This document shows positions 1 to 9,051 of a stretch of DNA of 33,154 bases, in pieces; the stretch's first letter is position 1, and every line of letters begins with the position of its first letter. The stretch comes from an uncultured Eubacteriales bacterium (GTDB taxonomy: Bacteria; Bacillota_I; Bacilli_A; RF39; UBA660): positions 1-33,154 of the forward strand of contig ONXO01000082.1 in the NCBI GenBank assembly GCA_900321795.1, in the 5' to 3' direction. Both the position numbers and the translations under genes were made by a program. The notes under the pieces were generated by a model. It did no database searches. It was not told the DNA's origin and was given only the letters and a program-made list of their open reading frames with translations.

Positions 1-87
1 CACTCTTTTTTCTTGTGTTCTATCTGTATGAGTGTATATATCTAAAGTAGTACTAACCTTGAATGTTCAAGTCTGCGGCTAACTTCA

Positions 88-708
88 TTAATTAAAGTTC
101 CATCTTTTGTAACCATTTATTTCTTTTTTTGTAAGGCCATTACTCTTGCAAGTCTTATACCAAGATATATTAGCTATAATCATAAACATTTTATTATTAA
201 GTAATCCAGCTGTAGTTATGCAATCATTAAATGTATCATTTCTGTTTACTATAAAAGCAAATTTTTTTAATTTTGTTAACACATCTTTACTGATAATCTT
301 GCATTTACTTTTACCCACTATTTCTCCAGCACCTATTAAAATAGAACCACTGTAGATAGCTTTAACTTTATTGCACCAAAGTCTAATGATATTAGCTGCA
401 ACAAGATTATGTTTTCCTTCCCTAAATCCACAATTTATTATTGTATATACTTTCTTGTTTTCTATCCGAACTTTATTATCAATTAAATATTCTAGAAAAG
501 ATAATGTTAAACTATTTGGAGCATCCACATATAAAGGAAAAGCTATCACAATAGCTTCACTTAACTTAATGTTTCTAGCTATATCTTCAAACTTATCTTT
601 TTTTAATGAATAAACTTTGCATAAATCTAAATCTTTTAAAATATAATTAAGAAAAGTCTGAGAGTTACTTTCTTTCATCTTAGAACTACCGTTTATTAAT
701 GTAAACAT
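88..708 (-). CDS. flavodoxin-like fold / NADPH-dependent FMN reductase family protein
   Basis: 206-aa ORF. The N-terminus MFTLINGSSKMKESNSQTF resembles the INGSxK..SNS FMN-phosphate loop of flavodoxin-like FMN reductases, and AIVIAFPLYVDAPNS follows it. The start overlaps the upstream ORF by 13 nt. Confidence 0.55.
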   Translation of the reverse strand: MFTLINGSSKMKESNSQTFLNYILKDLDLCKVYSLKKDKFEDIARNIKLSEAIVIAFPLYVDAPNSLTLSFLEYLIDNKVRIENKKVYTIINCGFREGKHNLVAANIIRLWCNKVKAIYSGSILIGAGEIVGKSKCKIISKDVLTKLKKFAFIVNRNDTFNDCITTAGLLNNKMFMIIANISWYKTCKSNGLTKKEINGYKRWNFN

Positions 709-1190
709 TTGCTCATCTCCTTAACGTTCTTTAAAAAATGTACTTCATAATTTTGGGCATTAAGATTTATACTATTTGCTTTTACTAAGCTTATCAAGCT
801 TTCTTTTTCTGATTCTGCTATTTCACCATAAATATAAACACTCAATTTAATCTTATTAGCAAATCTACTTTTATGATGAATAAGGCCTTCCCTTTCTTCA
901 AAATAAGGCAAAACATATCCTAAACACCTTTCTAATACTTGCTTTACTTTTTTAGAATATGATCCAAATGTGTTTTTAGTTATTAGAACTAGCTCATCTG
1001 ATTCTTTAAGTGAATATGATACTTGAGAAAATCCATCGTCATACATACATTTACAAGGATGTTTTGTCCAGCAAGAGAAACATCCACAGCAATAGTTTTT
1101 ACATTCAAGCGAGTTATAAACAGCATCTTCTTTATTAAAGACAAATCTTTTTAAATCACTATCTAATAAATCATGTATTATTGTTTTCAT
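696..1190 (-). CDS. flavodoxin-family protein with Cys-rich motif (iron-sulfur flavoprotein-like)
   Basis: 164-aa ORF. CCGCFSCWTKHPCKCMYDD resembles the C.GC..CW....C...DD segment of clostridial flavodoxin-family proteins. The usual N-terminal GSxR loop is not evident. Confidence 0.45.
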   Translation of the reverse strand: MKTIIHDLLDSDLKRFVFNKEDAVYNSLECKNYCCGCFSCWTKHPCKCMYDDGFSQVSYSLKESDELVLITKNTFGSYSKKVKQVLERCLGYVLPYFEEREGLIHHKSRFANKIKLSVYIYGEIAESEKESLISLVKANSINLNAQNYEVHFLKNVKEMSKCLH

Positions 1191-1221
1191 AATTAATTAT
1201 ATTTATATTACCAATAAAAAA

Positions 1222-1243
1222 TGATATAATTTATTATAAGGAG
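1222..1243 (+). promoter_or_regulatory. extended -10 promoter (TGaTATAAT) plus SD AAGGAG for the GH25 gene
   Basis: TGATATAAT at 1222-1230. AAGGAG at 1238-1243, 6 nt before the ATG at 1250. Confidence 0.55.
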
Positions 1244-1249
1244 TAAAAT

Positions 1250-2485
1250 ATGAAAAAAGAAGTAAAATGGATTATAGGTTTATCTATTGTTTTGGTTATA
1301 AATATAGTTATATGCACTATATTATTCATAAACAATAAGAAAGAAAAAATAATTATAGAAGATATTAAGAATTTAAATATAGTTCTTAAAAAAGAAAGAA
1401 AAGCTGAATTTTTAAGTATTGTTAAAGTTTCTGATTTTATAGATAGTATTGATTATGAATTAGAAGAAGACTATGAAATAGATACCACTAGCATTGGTGA
1501 AAAAGAAATATGGTTTAATATTAAAAAAGATGATAAAAAGATAAGGACCAGTTATAAGATTATAGTAGAAGACACTGTGCCTCCTTTAATTTGGCTTGGC
1601 AATAGTTATAGTATTTCAGTTGGAAGTAAAGACAATCTCTTAGATAAAATAATGTGTGCTGATAATTATGATGACAACCCTGCTTGTGAGATTGTTGGAG
1701 AGTATGATACTAATGTAAAAGGTACTTACCCACTTGTTTTTAAAGCCACAGATTCTAGTGGAAACACTACTGAGCAAAAGTTTAATCTTTATGTGTATGA
1801 GCCAAGTGCTTCAGGAGAATCTAATAGTAATTACAAAGAAGAATACACTTATTTTGAAGATGTTATTAAAAAATTTAAGACAGAAGATACACAGATTGGA
1901 ATAGATGTTTCCAGATGGCAAGGAGACATAGATTATGCAGCTTTAAAAGAAGCTGGTGTAGAATTTGTAATAATGAGAATAGGCTCTTCCGAAGGGACCT
2001 ATGGTGAAAGATTTATGGATAGCAAGTTTGAAAGAAATATTAAACTAGCCAATGAAAATAATATTCCTGCAGGTGTTTATTATTTTTCATATGCCTTTTC
2101 TAAAGATAAAGCCATTGAAGAAGCTAACTGGGTTCTTGATAATATTAAAGACTATGATGTCAGTTTAGGTGTATTTTTCGACTGGGAAGATTGGCCTTAT
2201 TATAATGATTACAAATTAAGTTTTTACCATTTAACTGATTTAGCTAAAGGATTTATGGATACTATAAATAAGAATGGTTATAAAACTTATTTATATGGCA
2301 GTAAGAATTATTTAGAAAGAGTTTGGATGGAAACGGGTTACCCTATTTGGCTTGCACATTATAACGATGAAACATCTTACAAAGGAAACTTTGAATACTG
2401 GCAAATATGCCAAGATGGTAAAGTTAATGGAATAAATGGAACAGTTGATATAAATATTAGATATTTAAATAAGAGTCAGAATTAA
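1250..2485 (+). CDS. membrane-anchored GH25 muramidase (lysozyme) with Ig-like DUF5011-type domain
   Basis: 411 aa. It has an N-terminal TM helix. DTVPPLIWL...CADNYDDNP..GTYPLVFKATDSSGNT fits the Ig-like DUF5011 pattern. GIDVSRWQGDIDYAALKEAGVEFVIMRIG is the GH25 signature start. Confidence 0.8.
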   Translation: MKKEVKWIIGLSIVLVINIVICTILFINNKKEKIIIEDIKNLNIVLKKERKAEFLSIVKVSDFIDSIDYELEEDYEIDTTSIGEKEIWFNIKKDDKKIRTSYKIIVEDTVPPLIWLGNSYSISVGSKDNLLDKIMCADNYDDNPACEIVGEYDTNVKGTYPLVFKATDSSGNTTEQKFNLYVYEPSASGESNSNYKEEYTYFEDVIKKFKTEDTQIGIDVSRWQGDIDYAALKEAGVEFVIMRIGSSEGTYGERFMDSKFERNIKLANENNIPAGVYYFSYAFSKDKAIEEANWVLDNIKDYDVSLGVFFDWEDWPYYNDYKLSFYHLTDLAKGFMDTINKNGYKTYLYGSKNYLERVWMETGYPIWLAHYNDETSYKGNFEYWQICQDGKVNGINGTVDINIRYLNKSQN

Positions 2486-2506
2486 CTGGCTCTTTTATAG
2501 CAAGTG

Positions 2507-2533
2507 AAAACTAACCCAATTTGAGTTAGTTTT
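2507..2533. terminator. bidirectional Rho-independent terminator between convergent genes
   Basis: 9-bp stem AAAACTAAC / GTTAGTTTT with a 9-nt loop. A/T runs flank it on both sides. It overlaps the stop codon of the 2532-2774 gene. Confidence 0.6.
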
Positions 2534-2774
2534 ATTTACATATTTTACTTACTACAAATATTACTAAGCAAGCTCCTACTACTGAAACTAATACTGTTCC
2601 AAAGTATCCAGCAAATGATATTCCTAGTAAATCAAATATTAAGTCTCCGACAAATCCACCTACTACACCTAGAATAATATTTCTTACTAAATCTCCATCA
2701 GATTTCATTATTTTGCCGGCTGTCCATCCAGATAAAGCACCTAAAATTACTGCAATCAATAAATTAACAAGCAT
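2532..2774 (-). CDS. GlsB/YeaQ/YmgE family stress-response membrane protein
   Basis: 80 aa with three glycine-zipper TM segments (LGALSGWTAGKIM, ILGVVGGFVGDLIF) typical of the transglycosylase-associated family. Confidence 0.75.
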   Translation of the reverse strand: MLVNLLIAVILGALSGWTAGKIMKSDGDLVRNIILGVVGGFVGDLIFDLLGISFAGYFGTVLVSVVGACLVIFVVSKICK

Positions 2775-2797
2775 TTTAAACCTCCTAGTTAAATATA

Positions 2798-3991
2798 TTA
2801 TACTAACTTTTTTTTATTCCCTTTGTATATAATATTTTTACCAATTTTCTTATTAATACTATTTATTAAATCATCTACTTCTTGCTGTTTTTTTACTTCT
2901 TCATTTTCTTCAAATAAAGATAATTGATAATTATTGTATTCACTTAAATCAGATGCTGATAAACCAATTAGTCTAACTGGATTAGTATCCCAAAGTTTAT
3001 TAAATAGCTCTTTTGCATTCTCATAAATATCATCTTCTTTATAAATACTATTTATTAATTTTTTTTGATGATTTACTGTTTTGAATGCATCATTCCTTAT
3101 AGTTACAGTTAAAGTACTTGCATATAGTTTTTTTTCTTTTAATTTACTTGATATATCTTTACTAAAATTAAATAAATACTTAAATATTTCAGCTTTGTTA
3201 TCTGAGCTTTCTGCAAGTGTTCTAGAAAAACCTATACTCTTTCTTTCATCATAACTTTCTGTATTCACTTCACTTTCGTCTATTCCGTTTGCATATTCTT
3301 TAAGCATTTTTCCCATAGATTTCATTTTAGTTATTAGAATATTTTCGTCAGCTAGTGCAAGCTCGCCTATAGTATTTATTCCCATACTTCTGAGTTTAAC
3401 ACATGAGGCTTTTCCAGCCATAAAAAGTTCAGATACATCTTTATTAAACATCTTTTCTTTAAACTCCGACAAATACAAAGTATGAACTTTATTGGGCTTT
3501 TCAAAATCACTTGCCATTTTAGCGCATAGTTTATTATTACCTATACCTACATTAACAGTGAACCCAAAACGCTTGTATATCTCATCTTTAAGTCTATATG
3601 CAAAAGCTATTTCATCACCATATTTACTTTTTACATCAGTATAATCAACAAAACATTCATCTATAGAAAACTGCTCAACTCTAGTAAAGATTCTTTTAAG
3701 AAAAGATATTAACTTCTTAGAACATAAAACATAAAACTCTCTATCCGGTTTAACAACTATAATATTTTCACAAATCTTTCTTGCTTCATACAAATTGGTC
3801 GGTGGCTTTATACCAAGTTTTTTAGCAGGAATAGAAGCCGCAACTATTACCCCATGTCTTTTAGAAGGATCACCTGCTATAACGGCTACTTCATTTCTTA
3901 TATCTTTCTTGTAACCATCATGCAAAAGCTTAAGGGCTGACCAAGAAAGAAATGCACTATTAACATCTATATGTAGTATTATTCTTTCCAT
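2798..3991 (-). CDS. dinB: DNA polymerase IV (Y-family translesion polymerase)
   Basis: ILHIDVNSAFLSWS, SIDECFVD and GIGNNKLCAKMASD are Y-family motifs. I prefer the ATG at 3991 (MERIILHID), which has GAGG 6 nt upstream, over the GTG at 4003 used by the track. Confidence 0.9.
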   Translation of the reverse strand: MERIILHIDVNSAFLSWSALKLLHDGYKKDIRNEVAVIAGDPSKRHGVIVAASIPAKKLGIKPPTNLYEARKICENIIVVKPDREFYVLCSKKLISFLKRIFTRVEQFSIDECFVDYTDVKSKYGDEIAFAYRLKDEIYKRFGFTVNVGIGNNKLCAKMASDFEKPNKVHTLYLSEFKEKMFNKDVSELFMAGKASCVKLRSMGINTIGELALADENILITKMKSMGKMLKEYANGIDESEVNTESYDERKSIGFSRTLAESSDNKAEIFKYLFNFSKDISSKLKEKKLYASTLTVTIRNDAFKTVNHQKKLINSIYKEDDIYENAKELFNKLWDTNPVRLIGLSASDLSEYNNYQLSLFEENEEVKKQQEVDDLINSINKKIGKNIIYKGNKKKLV

Positions 3992-4015
3992 AGACACCCT
4001 CACTTCCTTAAAATT

Positions 4016-4044
4016 ATTATATCAAATGCTCACTATAATAGCAA
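4016..4044 (-). promoter_or_regulatory. sigma-A-type promoter of dinB
   Basis: Minus strand reads TTGCTA, 17 nt, TATAAT with the extended TGa (TGATATAAT). The -35 is 4039-4044 and the -10 is 4016-4021. Confidence 0.55.
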
Positions 4045-4059
4045 ACACTTTTTTGCACA

Positions 4060-4085
4060 AAAAAACTGATATCAATCAGTTTTTT
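4060..4085 (-). terminator. Rho-independent terminator after the priA/HAD transcription unit
   Basis: AAAAAACTGAT-ATCA-ATCAGTTTTT hairpin (core 4065-4080) flanked by A6/T5 runs, about 18 nt downstream of the stop at 4103. Confidence 0.55.
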
Positions 4086-4102
4086 AATTAGCATTAAGAC
4101 AC

Positions 4103-4594
4103 CTATATATCCAGAAAAGAACTTATATGTGCAGTAGAAAAGTTAGTTTTTTTCATTACATCATTTAATATATCGACTGTATCATCTATCATAATAATCT
4201 TTTCATCAGCGACATTATTATTTCTCTTCTTTATCTCAAGTAACTTATCTGCTTTTTCTAAATCTTCTCTAACAAAATAAATATTCTCTTCAGGTATATT
4301 ATAATATTTGCTTGCATATTTAATCTTATGATTAGATTCATTTTTATCACTTATTTTAGTTATTACATATATATTATTCATATCTCTATCAGATAAAAAA
4401 GCTTGCATTTTACTAGACACTTTATCTTCTGTGTAAACATTAATATCACTTTCTAAAGTTTCATTCCATTCTTCATCAGGCATAAAATGAAAACGTGAAC
4501 CAAACTCCATAACAGCAAGTACTCCATCAACATCAAATACTAGAATACTTTCTTTATCATTTATCAATTCTTTTATTTTACTCATAACATTCAC
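4103..4594 (-). CDS. HAD-superfamily hydrolase (nucleotidase-like), function unknown
   Basis: 163 aa. HAD motif I is LVFDVDGVLAV, motif II is VITK, and the IMIDDT acidic motif is present. Confidence 0.6.
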   Translation of the reverse strand: MNVMSKIKELINDKESILVFDVDGVLAVMEFGSRFHFMPDEEWNETLESDINVYTEDKVSSKMQAFLSDRDMNNIYVITKISDKNESNHKIKYASKYYNIPEENIYFVREDLEKADKLLEIKKRNNNVADEKIIMIDDTVDILNDVMKKTNFSTAHISSFLDI

Positions 4595-4605
4595 TTCTTT
4601 TCAAG

Positions 4606-5069
4606 TTATAATTCTTTTACCCAGTTTTCTACTTTACTTCTTACATTTTTAACTTCATGTCCATATATAGCTAAGCTATTGTCAAGTATATTTGCTCCTT
4701 TACATATGCTTTTTACATCTCTTACAACACTAGCTAGTCCTGAACCTTCATGAGTAGTAAACACTCTTACTGTCTTGCCATTCCAGTTAAGTCTTTCAAG
4801 CTGTGTAAACATAGGTTGTGGCATAGTACCCCAATATATTGGAGAACCTATGTAAATAGTATCATACTCTTCTATACATATTTAATAAGCTCAGGTCTTT
4901 CACCTCTTTGTGCTTCTTCTTTAGCTTCTTCTATGCAAGTCATATAATCTTTAGCATAAGGTATTTTTCTTTCTACTTTAAACATATCAGCACCTGTAAT
5001 CTTGCTGATATATTCAGCTATTACCTCTGTATTTCCTTTATCAACATATCCTAAAACTCCTATATTAGA
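4606..5069 (-). pseudogene. flavodoxin pseudogene (5'-truncated and frameshifted)
   Basis: Two frames together read SNIGVLGYVDKGNTEVIAEYISKITGADMFKVERKIPYAKDYMTCIEEAKEEAQRGERPELIKYV* and then, in another frame, IEEYDTIYIGSPIYWGTMPQPMFTQLERLNWNGKTVRVFTTHEGSGL...ENWVKEL. The frame switch must lie in 4872-4884. There is no start codon: the open frame is closed by a TAA at 5070-5072, inside the priA 3' end. Confidence 0.75.
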
Positions 5070-7246
5070 TTAAGAGGATTAATATTAATATCTACTTTGA
5101 CTTTATCAGTTATATAAATATCATTTATTTCGTTTAATACTTCAAATAAGTTTTCTTCTTTTCTATATTTAATTATTATTTGAAAGTAATACTTATTTTT
5201 AAGTTTAAAAACACTGGCGGTAGAAGGACCTAAAATTATAAAGTTTTCTGATAATTTTCTATCTAAGTTTCTTTTTATTTTACCTGCCTCGTCTCTTGCT
5301 ACTTCATACACCGAGCTTATTATTTTAATTGATACTAAGTAATAATAAGGTGGATATTTAAGTGTCTTCCTTATTTTCATTTCTTTAGTATAAAAGTCTA
5401 AATAATCATGTTTTTTTAACGAATCAAGAACATAATTGTCTTTATTATATGTTTGAATTATAACTTCTCCCGGTAAATCATATCTTGCACTTCTTCCTGC
5501 TGTTTGCATTAAAAGTTCAAATGTCCTTTCACCACTTCTAAAATCAGGAATGTTAAGTGAAGCATCAGCATTAATAACGCCAACTAAAGTTACATCTTTA
5601 AAATTAAGACCTTTGCTTATCATCTGTGTTCCAATTAAAATATCATATTCATGATTTTTAAAAGATTCAATTATCCTTTGATGAGCCCCTTTAGTACTTG
5701 TAGTATCCAAATCCATTCTTACTATTCTTGCACCTGGAAACTCCTTAGCTATTATACTTTCTAATTTTTCAGTACCCATTCCTAAGTCATTTATCGCTTC
5801 TTCATGGCAAGAAGGACACATATTAGTCATTTTAGTTGAATAACCACAGTAATGGCATCTTAAGTTATCAGAGCTTTTATGATATATAAGAGATATATCA
5901 CAGTTTGGGCATTTCCAAACATAACCACACGAAGAACAACTCATGTACGTAGAAAATCCTCTTCTATTAAGCAAGATTATTGCTTGCTTACCATTATTTA
6001 TTGTACTAGCTAATTTTACTTTAAGTTCATTACTTAATACAAAGTTTCTTCTTTTAACTTCTTCATTCATATCAACAATGTTTATTTTAGGTAAGTTATT
6101 ACTTATACGAGAAGATAATGTTACTAACTTATATACTCCTTTTTGGGCACGTGCGTATTGTTCAAGTAACGGTGTTGCACTTCCCATTAAAACTATTGCA
6201 TTATGTTTTTTACCTCTTTCAATTGCTACATCTATAGCATTATACTTAGGATTAACATCTTGCTTAAATGAACTAGAACCACACTCATCAATTATAATAA
6301 TTCCTATATTTTTAAGAGGTGCGAACACTGCACTTCTAGCACCTACTACAATAGACACTTCATCTTTGACTATTCTTCTATATTCATCAAATCTTTCACC
6401 ATCAGATAAACTACTATGTAAAACTGCTACCTTAGGCCCAAACTCACTTTTAAATCTTCCTACTATCTGAGGTGTTAAACTTATTTCAGGCACGAGCATA
6501 ATAGCTGTTTTACCTTTAGATAACATCTCTTTAATAAGTTTAATATATACTTCAGTTTTACCACTCCCGGTTACTCCATGAAGTAAAATATTTTTGTTTT
6601 CACTAGTTAATATTTCATTATAAGCCTTTTCTTGCTCTTTAGTAAGCTTTATATCTTTGGTTTCTTCATCTAAAAAGTTTATATTTCTATTTACTTCTAC
6701 TTCTTTTAATAATACAACATTATTTAGTATTAAATTTCTAAGTGAAGCTGAATTAATAAGACTTCTATCTATTTCTTTTTCATCTATTAACTTGTTAATA
6801 ATCTCTATTTCTTTAGTACTTCTTTTATGAATAATTTTATAGTTATCCACATCTATTTCTTTATTTAAATAGCATACTACCTTAGTTTTAATTTTCATAT
6901 TAGTTTTACTCGACGCTTTTAAGGCTTTAGGAAACATTGATTGATAGCAAGATATTAAAGTTGACAAAGTCTTATCTTTAATCCACTTTCCAAGTTCTAA
7001 AAGTTCATCATTTAAACAAAATGTCTTTTCAACAATTTCCTTTATTTCTTTATAATCTATAGTATTATCAATATTATTATTTATAGACATAACAAAACCT
7101 TCTACTTCTTTACTTCCAAAAGAGACTAATACCTTTTGCCCAGGCTTTATATCATTCTTTAGCTCTTCAGGAACTAAGTAGTCAAAAGTTTTATCTATAG
7201 CTTTAGATGAATACTCTATTAAAACACTTGCTATCAATTTTTGCAC
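5060..7246 (-). CDS. priA: primosomal protein N' (replication restart helicase PriA)
   Basis: 728 aa. It has Walker A GVTGSGKTEVY, DECGSS (a DExH-like motif) and the Cys-rich zinc region CSSCGYVWKCPNCDISLIYH...CHYCGY...CPSC. The start is GTG at 7246, or TTG three codons in. Confidence 0.92.
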   Translation of the reverse strand: MQKLIASVLIEYSSKAIDKTFDYLVPEELKNDIKPGQKVLVSFGSKEVEGFVMSINNNIDNTIDYKEIKEIVEKTFCLNDELLELGKWIKDKTLSTLISCYQSMFPKALKASSKTNMKIKTKVVCYLNKEIDVDNYKIIHKRSTKEIEIINKLIDEKEIDRSLINSASLRNLILNNVVLLKEVEVNRNINFLDEETKDIKLTKEQEKAYNEILTSENKNILLHGVTGSGKTEVYIKLIKEMLSKGKTAIMLVPEISLTPQIVGRFKSEFGPKVAVLHSSLSDGERFDEYRRIVKDEVSIVVGARSAVFAPLKNIGIIIIDECGSSSFKQDVNPKYNAIDVAIERGKKHNAIVLMGSATPLLEQYARAQKGVYKLVTLSSRISNNLPKINIVDMNEEVKRRNFVLSNELKVKLASTINNGKQAIILLNRRGFSTYMSCSSCGYVWKCPNCDISLIYHKSSDNLRCHYCGYSTKMTNMCPSCHEEAINDLGMGTEKLESIIAKEFPGARIVRMDLDTTSTKGAHQRIIESFKNHEYDILIGTQMISKGLNFKDVTLVGVINADASLNIPDFRSGERTFELLMQTAGRSARYDLPGEVIIQTYNKDNYVLDSLKKHDYLDFYTKEMKIRKTLKYPPYYYLVSIKIISSVYEVARDEAGKIKRNLDRKLSENFIILGPSTASVFKLKNKYYFQIIIKYRKEENLFEVLNEINDIYITDKVKVDININPLNLI

Positions 7247-7252
7247 ATCCTT

Positions 7253-7735
7253 TTAAAACATTTCTAATAACTGATCTAATCTATCTATTACTTTAAATCC
7301 TTTGCCATTTAATTTAGTTGAAAATCTTACAGGTATTCCGCCTTCACTTTCCCATTCTCTTAAATTACCAGCATAGTCATCAACCAAAATAGCATCTTTA
7401 GTATGTACCATTTTAGTTTTTGATATTTCCTTTGGGCATATAATCACTGTCATGTCTTTAAAGAATTTTCTAATATATCTTACTTTATCTGCACCTTCTT
7501 TAATAGAGTTACAATGTGTTAGTATATTTACATCAAATTTATTTGAATCAATAAGTTTTTGTATACAATTAATACTATCGTTAATAATATATTTATCTTT
7601 TAGAATACATTTAAAATTAAAGTTCTTATAAAACTCAGGATCACTTCTATCATATTCCTGCCTATCGGCCTCTTCATAAAGTACTGTTATTGTATCAAGT
7701 ATGACCCCATCAAAGTCTATATATAGTTTATGCAT
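7253..7735 (-). CDS. HAD-superfamily 5'(3')-deoxyribonucleotidase-like protein
   Basis: LYIDFDGVILDT is HAD motif I, and LTH and LVDDY are also present. I prefer the ATG at 7735, which has GGAGG 7 nt upstream, over the longer track ORF. Confidence 0.6.
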   Translation of the reverse strand: MHKLYIDFDGVILDTITVLYEEADRQEYDRSDPEFYKNFNFKCILKDKYIINDSINCIQKLIDSNKFDVNILTHCNSIKEGADKVRYIRKFFKDMTVIICPKEISKTKMVHTKDAILVDDYAGNLREWESEGGIPVRFSTKLNGKGFKVIDRLDQLLEMF

Positions 7736-7850
7736 ATAATCGCCTCCACTTATTCTTATTATAATAATCATATTCGTGTTTTTCAAGAACAATTATTCTT
7801 TTCACTAAAATATTAAGTACTAAACAATTAAAGTTAAGAAAATAAAAGAC

Positions 7851-8282
7851 CTAGGATCTTTTATTATAAGTATAAGCACATTCTTCATCAAGTATTGAGC
7901 TTATTTCATTATAAAAAGCAACAAATTCTCTTACTTCTTTATTCATAGCAGAAAGATATTCTTTTAAGTCTTTTCTTAATTTCTGTTTATCTAAGTGTTT
8001 TTTTAAATATACAGATTTTATTCTATCTATATTAACTTCATATGTATTTTCATTTATCATATATATTTCAATTGGTATTTGTCCATAAAAAGCTTCTATT
8101 CTTTTTATAAATTCTTTATCATTTAAATTAAACAGTTCTTCATCTTGCAAATCCAAGGCCACTTTCATAGAATCTTCTAATTTTTCTATAAGTATTTTAG
8201 TAATCTCGTTATTAGTTTTACCTTTAGAATTATCAAACACCTCTTTTAAAACACTATCCTTTTTATATTCTAGTTCTAACAT
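7851..8282 (-). CDS. hypothetical protein (predicted helical, cytoplasmic)
   Basis: 143-aa ORF with GGAGG upstream of the ATG. I recognise no family motif. Confidence 0.5.
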   Translation of the reverse strand: MLELEYKKDSVLKEVFDNSKGKTNNEITKILIEKLEDSMKVALDLQDEELFNLNDKEFIKRIEAFYGQIPIEIYMINENTYEVNIDRIKSVYLKKHLDKQKLRKDLKEYLSAMNKEVREFVAFYNEISSILDEECAYTYNKRS

Positions 8283-8371
8283 TAAGAACCTCCATAATTT
8301 ATGAATGACTACTAATAAAAGTATATTATTAAAAAGTTAAAATATGAAAAAATAAAGGTACTCATCGTTGT

Positions 8372-9040
8372 TTATTTCATCTTATCTACTCTTTTAAAGA
8401 AGCTTGTATTAATTCTAAAATCAGGAAATGCGTGAGCTACTCTTCTAGTAAACACACCTTTTTTCATAAGTACTTCTTTAACTTTAGCACTTATCTCTTC
8501 AGTAGAATCTTTAATTGTTAAAGTTGCTGTTTTTACATTATAAATTATCTTAGTAGATATACATAAATCCACCATAATAATTACTAAAAGTATACTAACT
8601 ATAGTTTTCAAAAGTACTGGATCTATCTTTTCTAAGATATTAATTATAAACGGAACTGCATATTTCACCATAACTAATCCCATCAAACCAAAAGCTGCTA
8701 GATTTCGAAGACATATTCTTCCATTTAAGTTAAATTTTTTATTACTATAATCCCACCATCTAGTATTAAAAATCTTTTCCATAAAATAGCTTGTAAAATA
8801 TTCAAGTATACTGCATATTATAGTTGCCATACAAAATAACGTAATAGGTTCATCACTATATCTACTTAAAAACAATGTAATAGCTATTCCTCCAAAGCCA
8901 TAGATAGGCACGACTGGACCGATTAGAAAGCCTCTATTAACGAACTTTTTATCAACAATAAGAGAATTAATAACCTCGATTATCCATCCAATAAAAGCAA
9001 ATATAAAGAATAAAGCTATATAAATAAATATTTTGTACAT
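8372..9040 (-). CDS. multi-pass membrane protein, putative ABC-transporter type IV / DUF1113-like (PF06541-like)
   Basis: FIGWIIEV and GPVVPIYGFG motifs with 5-6 TM helices. I prefer the ATG at 9040 (GAGG 6 nt upstream). It sits immediately after the ABC fusion gene. Confidence 0.55.
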   Translation of the reverse strand: MYKIFIYIALFFIFAFIGWIIEVINSLIVDKKFVNRGFLIGPVVPIYGFGGIAITLFLSRYSDEPITLFCMATIICSILEYFTSYFMEKIFNTRWWDYSNKKFNLNGRICLRNLAAFGLMGLVMVKYAVPFIINILEKIDPVLLKTIVSILLVIIMVDLCISTKIIYNVKTATLTIKDSTEEISAKVKEVLMKKGVFTRRVAHAFPDFRINTSFFKRVDKMK

Positions 9041-9051
9041 ATTTAACCTCA

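Noticed and set aside
5943-6470. ORFs in the track lying antisense to, or embedded within, long well-supported genes. They are 146-355, 371-613, 4750-4947, 5943-6470, 9134-9382, 10586-10786, 11183-11371, 13609-13818, 17255-17806, 17367-17591, 18215-18496, 21049-21246, 21598-21807, 22645-22836, 23202-23396, 25691-25906, 27873-28094, 29261-29458, 30182-30370, 30545-30796, 31854-32057 and 32836-33018.
   Set aside because: All lie opposite or inside ORFs with clear family motifs. Their translations are low-complexity Leu/Ser/Ile/Phe strings typical of the antisense frame in AT-rich DNA, and they lack convincing SD sequences.
7736-7792. N-terminal extensions in the track from upstream ATG/GTG/TTG codons. 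Examples: 7736-7792, 3992-4003, 9041-9052, 11814-11843, 15681-15695, 16103-16198, 23736-23744, 24646-24660, 27512-27532, 28814-28822, 28932-28946.
   Set aside because: In each case an internal ATG a few codons downstream has a properly spaced GGAGG/GGTGA-type SD and begins the conserved part of the protein. The upstream codons themselves often form that SD.
7793-7850. AAAAGACCTAGGATCTTTT hairpin as a terminator between the 143-aa gene and the HAD gene.
   Set aside because: The stem is interrupted, with only a 3-4 nt loop, and it is almost entirely A-U. That is not enough to call a terminator.
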